Source: Candidatus Peregrinibacteria bacterium (GTDB lineage: Bacteria > Patescibacteriota > Gracilibacteria > UBA1369 > GCA-2718715). Taken from it: a stretch of 64,000 nt of DNA. This document shows, piece after piece, positions 63,967-64,000 of the stretch; the stretch's first letter is position 1, and each line of letters starts with the position of its first letter. The notes beneath the pieces are model-generated. The model did no database searches. It was given only the letters and a program-made list of their open reading frames with translations, and was not told where the DNA came from. The stretch lies in contig JAAZXH010000004.1 of NCBI GenBank assembly GCA_014240275.1, forward strand, positions 11,342-75,341. The letters run 5' to 3'. Both the position numbers and the translations under genes were made by a program.

Positions 63967-64000
63967 TGGATAGTCTATTTGGCTTTTTAGCTTTCTTTTT

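Overview
Gene-dense, AT-rich bacterial chromosomal segment (about one-third G+C by eye) that reads cleanly in the standard code. It holds roughly 60 protein genes, a tmRNA, tRNA-Asp(GTC) and tRNA-Val(GAC). I recognised no rRNA, CRISPR array, transposase or integrase. Most content is housekeeping: dnaN-mfd, RNase J, murD, two MOP-type flippases (Wzx-like and MurJ), prfB, def, a FemAB-family transferase, ftsA-ftsZ, a stand-alone 5'-3' exonuclease, rpsP plus a KH protein, and a GT4 glycosyltransferase. There is also a HAAT-type ABC importer with three paralogous binding lipoproteins, rpiA, a LOG-family protein, topA, a complete sufCBDSU operon, queG, pheST and HU. A TrbC/VirB2-like mini-pilin, many Lys-rich hypothetical proteins, overlapping convergent gene ends and the absence of ftsQ next to ftsA suggest a small-genome Patescibacteria/CPR-like organism, but that is inference only. 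The main anomaly lies at 12.9-15.9 kb. About 2.1 kb of clearly GC-richer DNA encodes a domain-permuted (LeuD-like then LeuC-like) aconitase-superfamily enzyme and sits between the Wzx-like flippase gene and prfB. It is bracketed by a diverged direct duplication of the flippase-5'/intergenic/prfB-5' segment. The enzyme is fused in frame to a decayed copy of the prfB N-terminus, so it has captured the prfB upstream region and start codon. Secondary points are listed below. They include a DnaA-box cluster upstream of dnaN with no dnaA nearby, a tmRNA with a 32-codon tag, and a GC-rich SDR gene remnant beside the tmRNA 3' end. They also include an amplified octapeptide in a SOUL-family protein, a large SLH-anchored repeat protein, and a large secreted protein with aromatic GW motifs.
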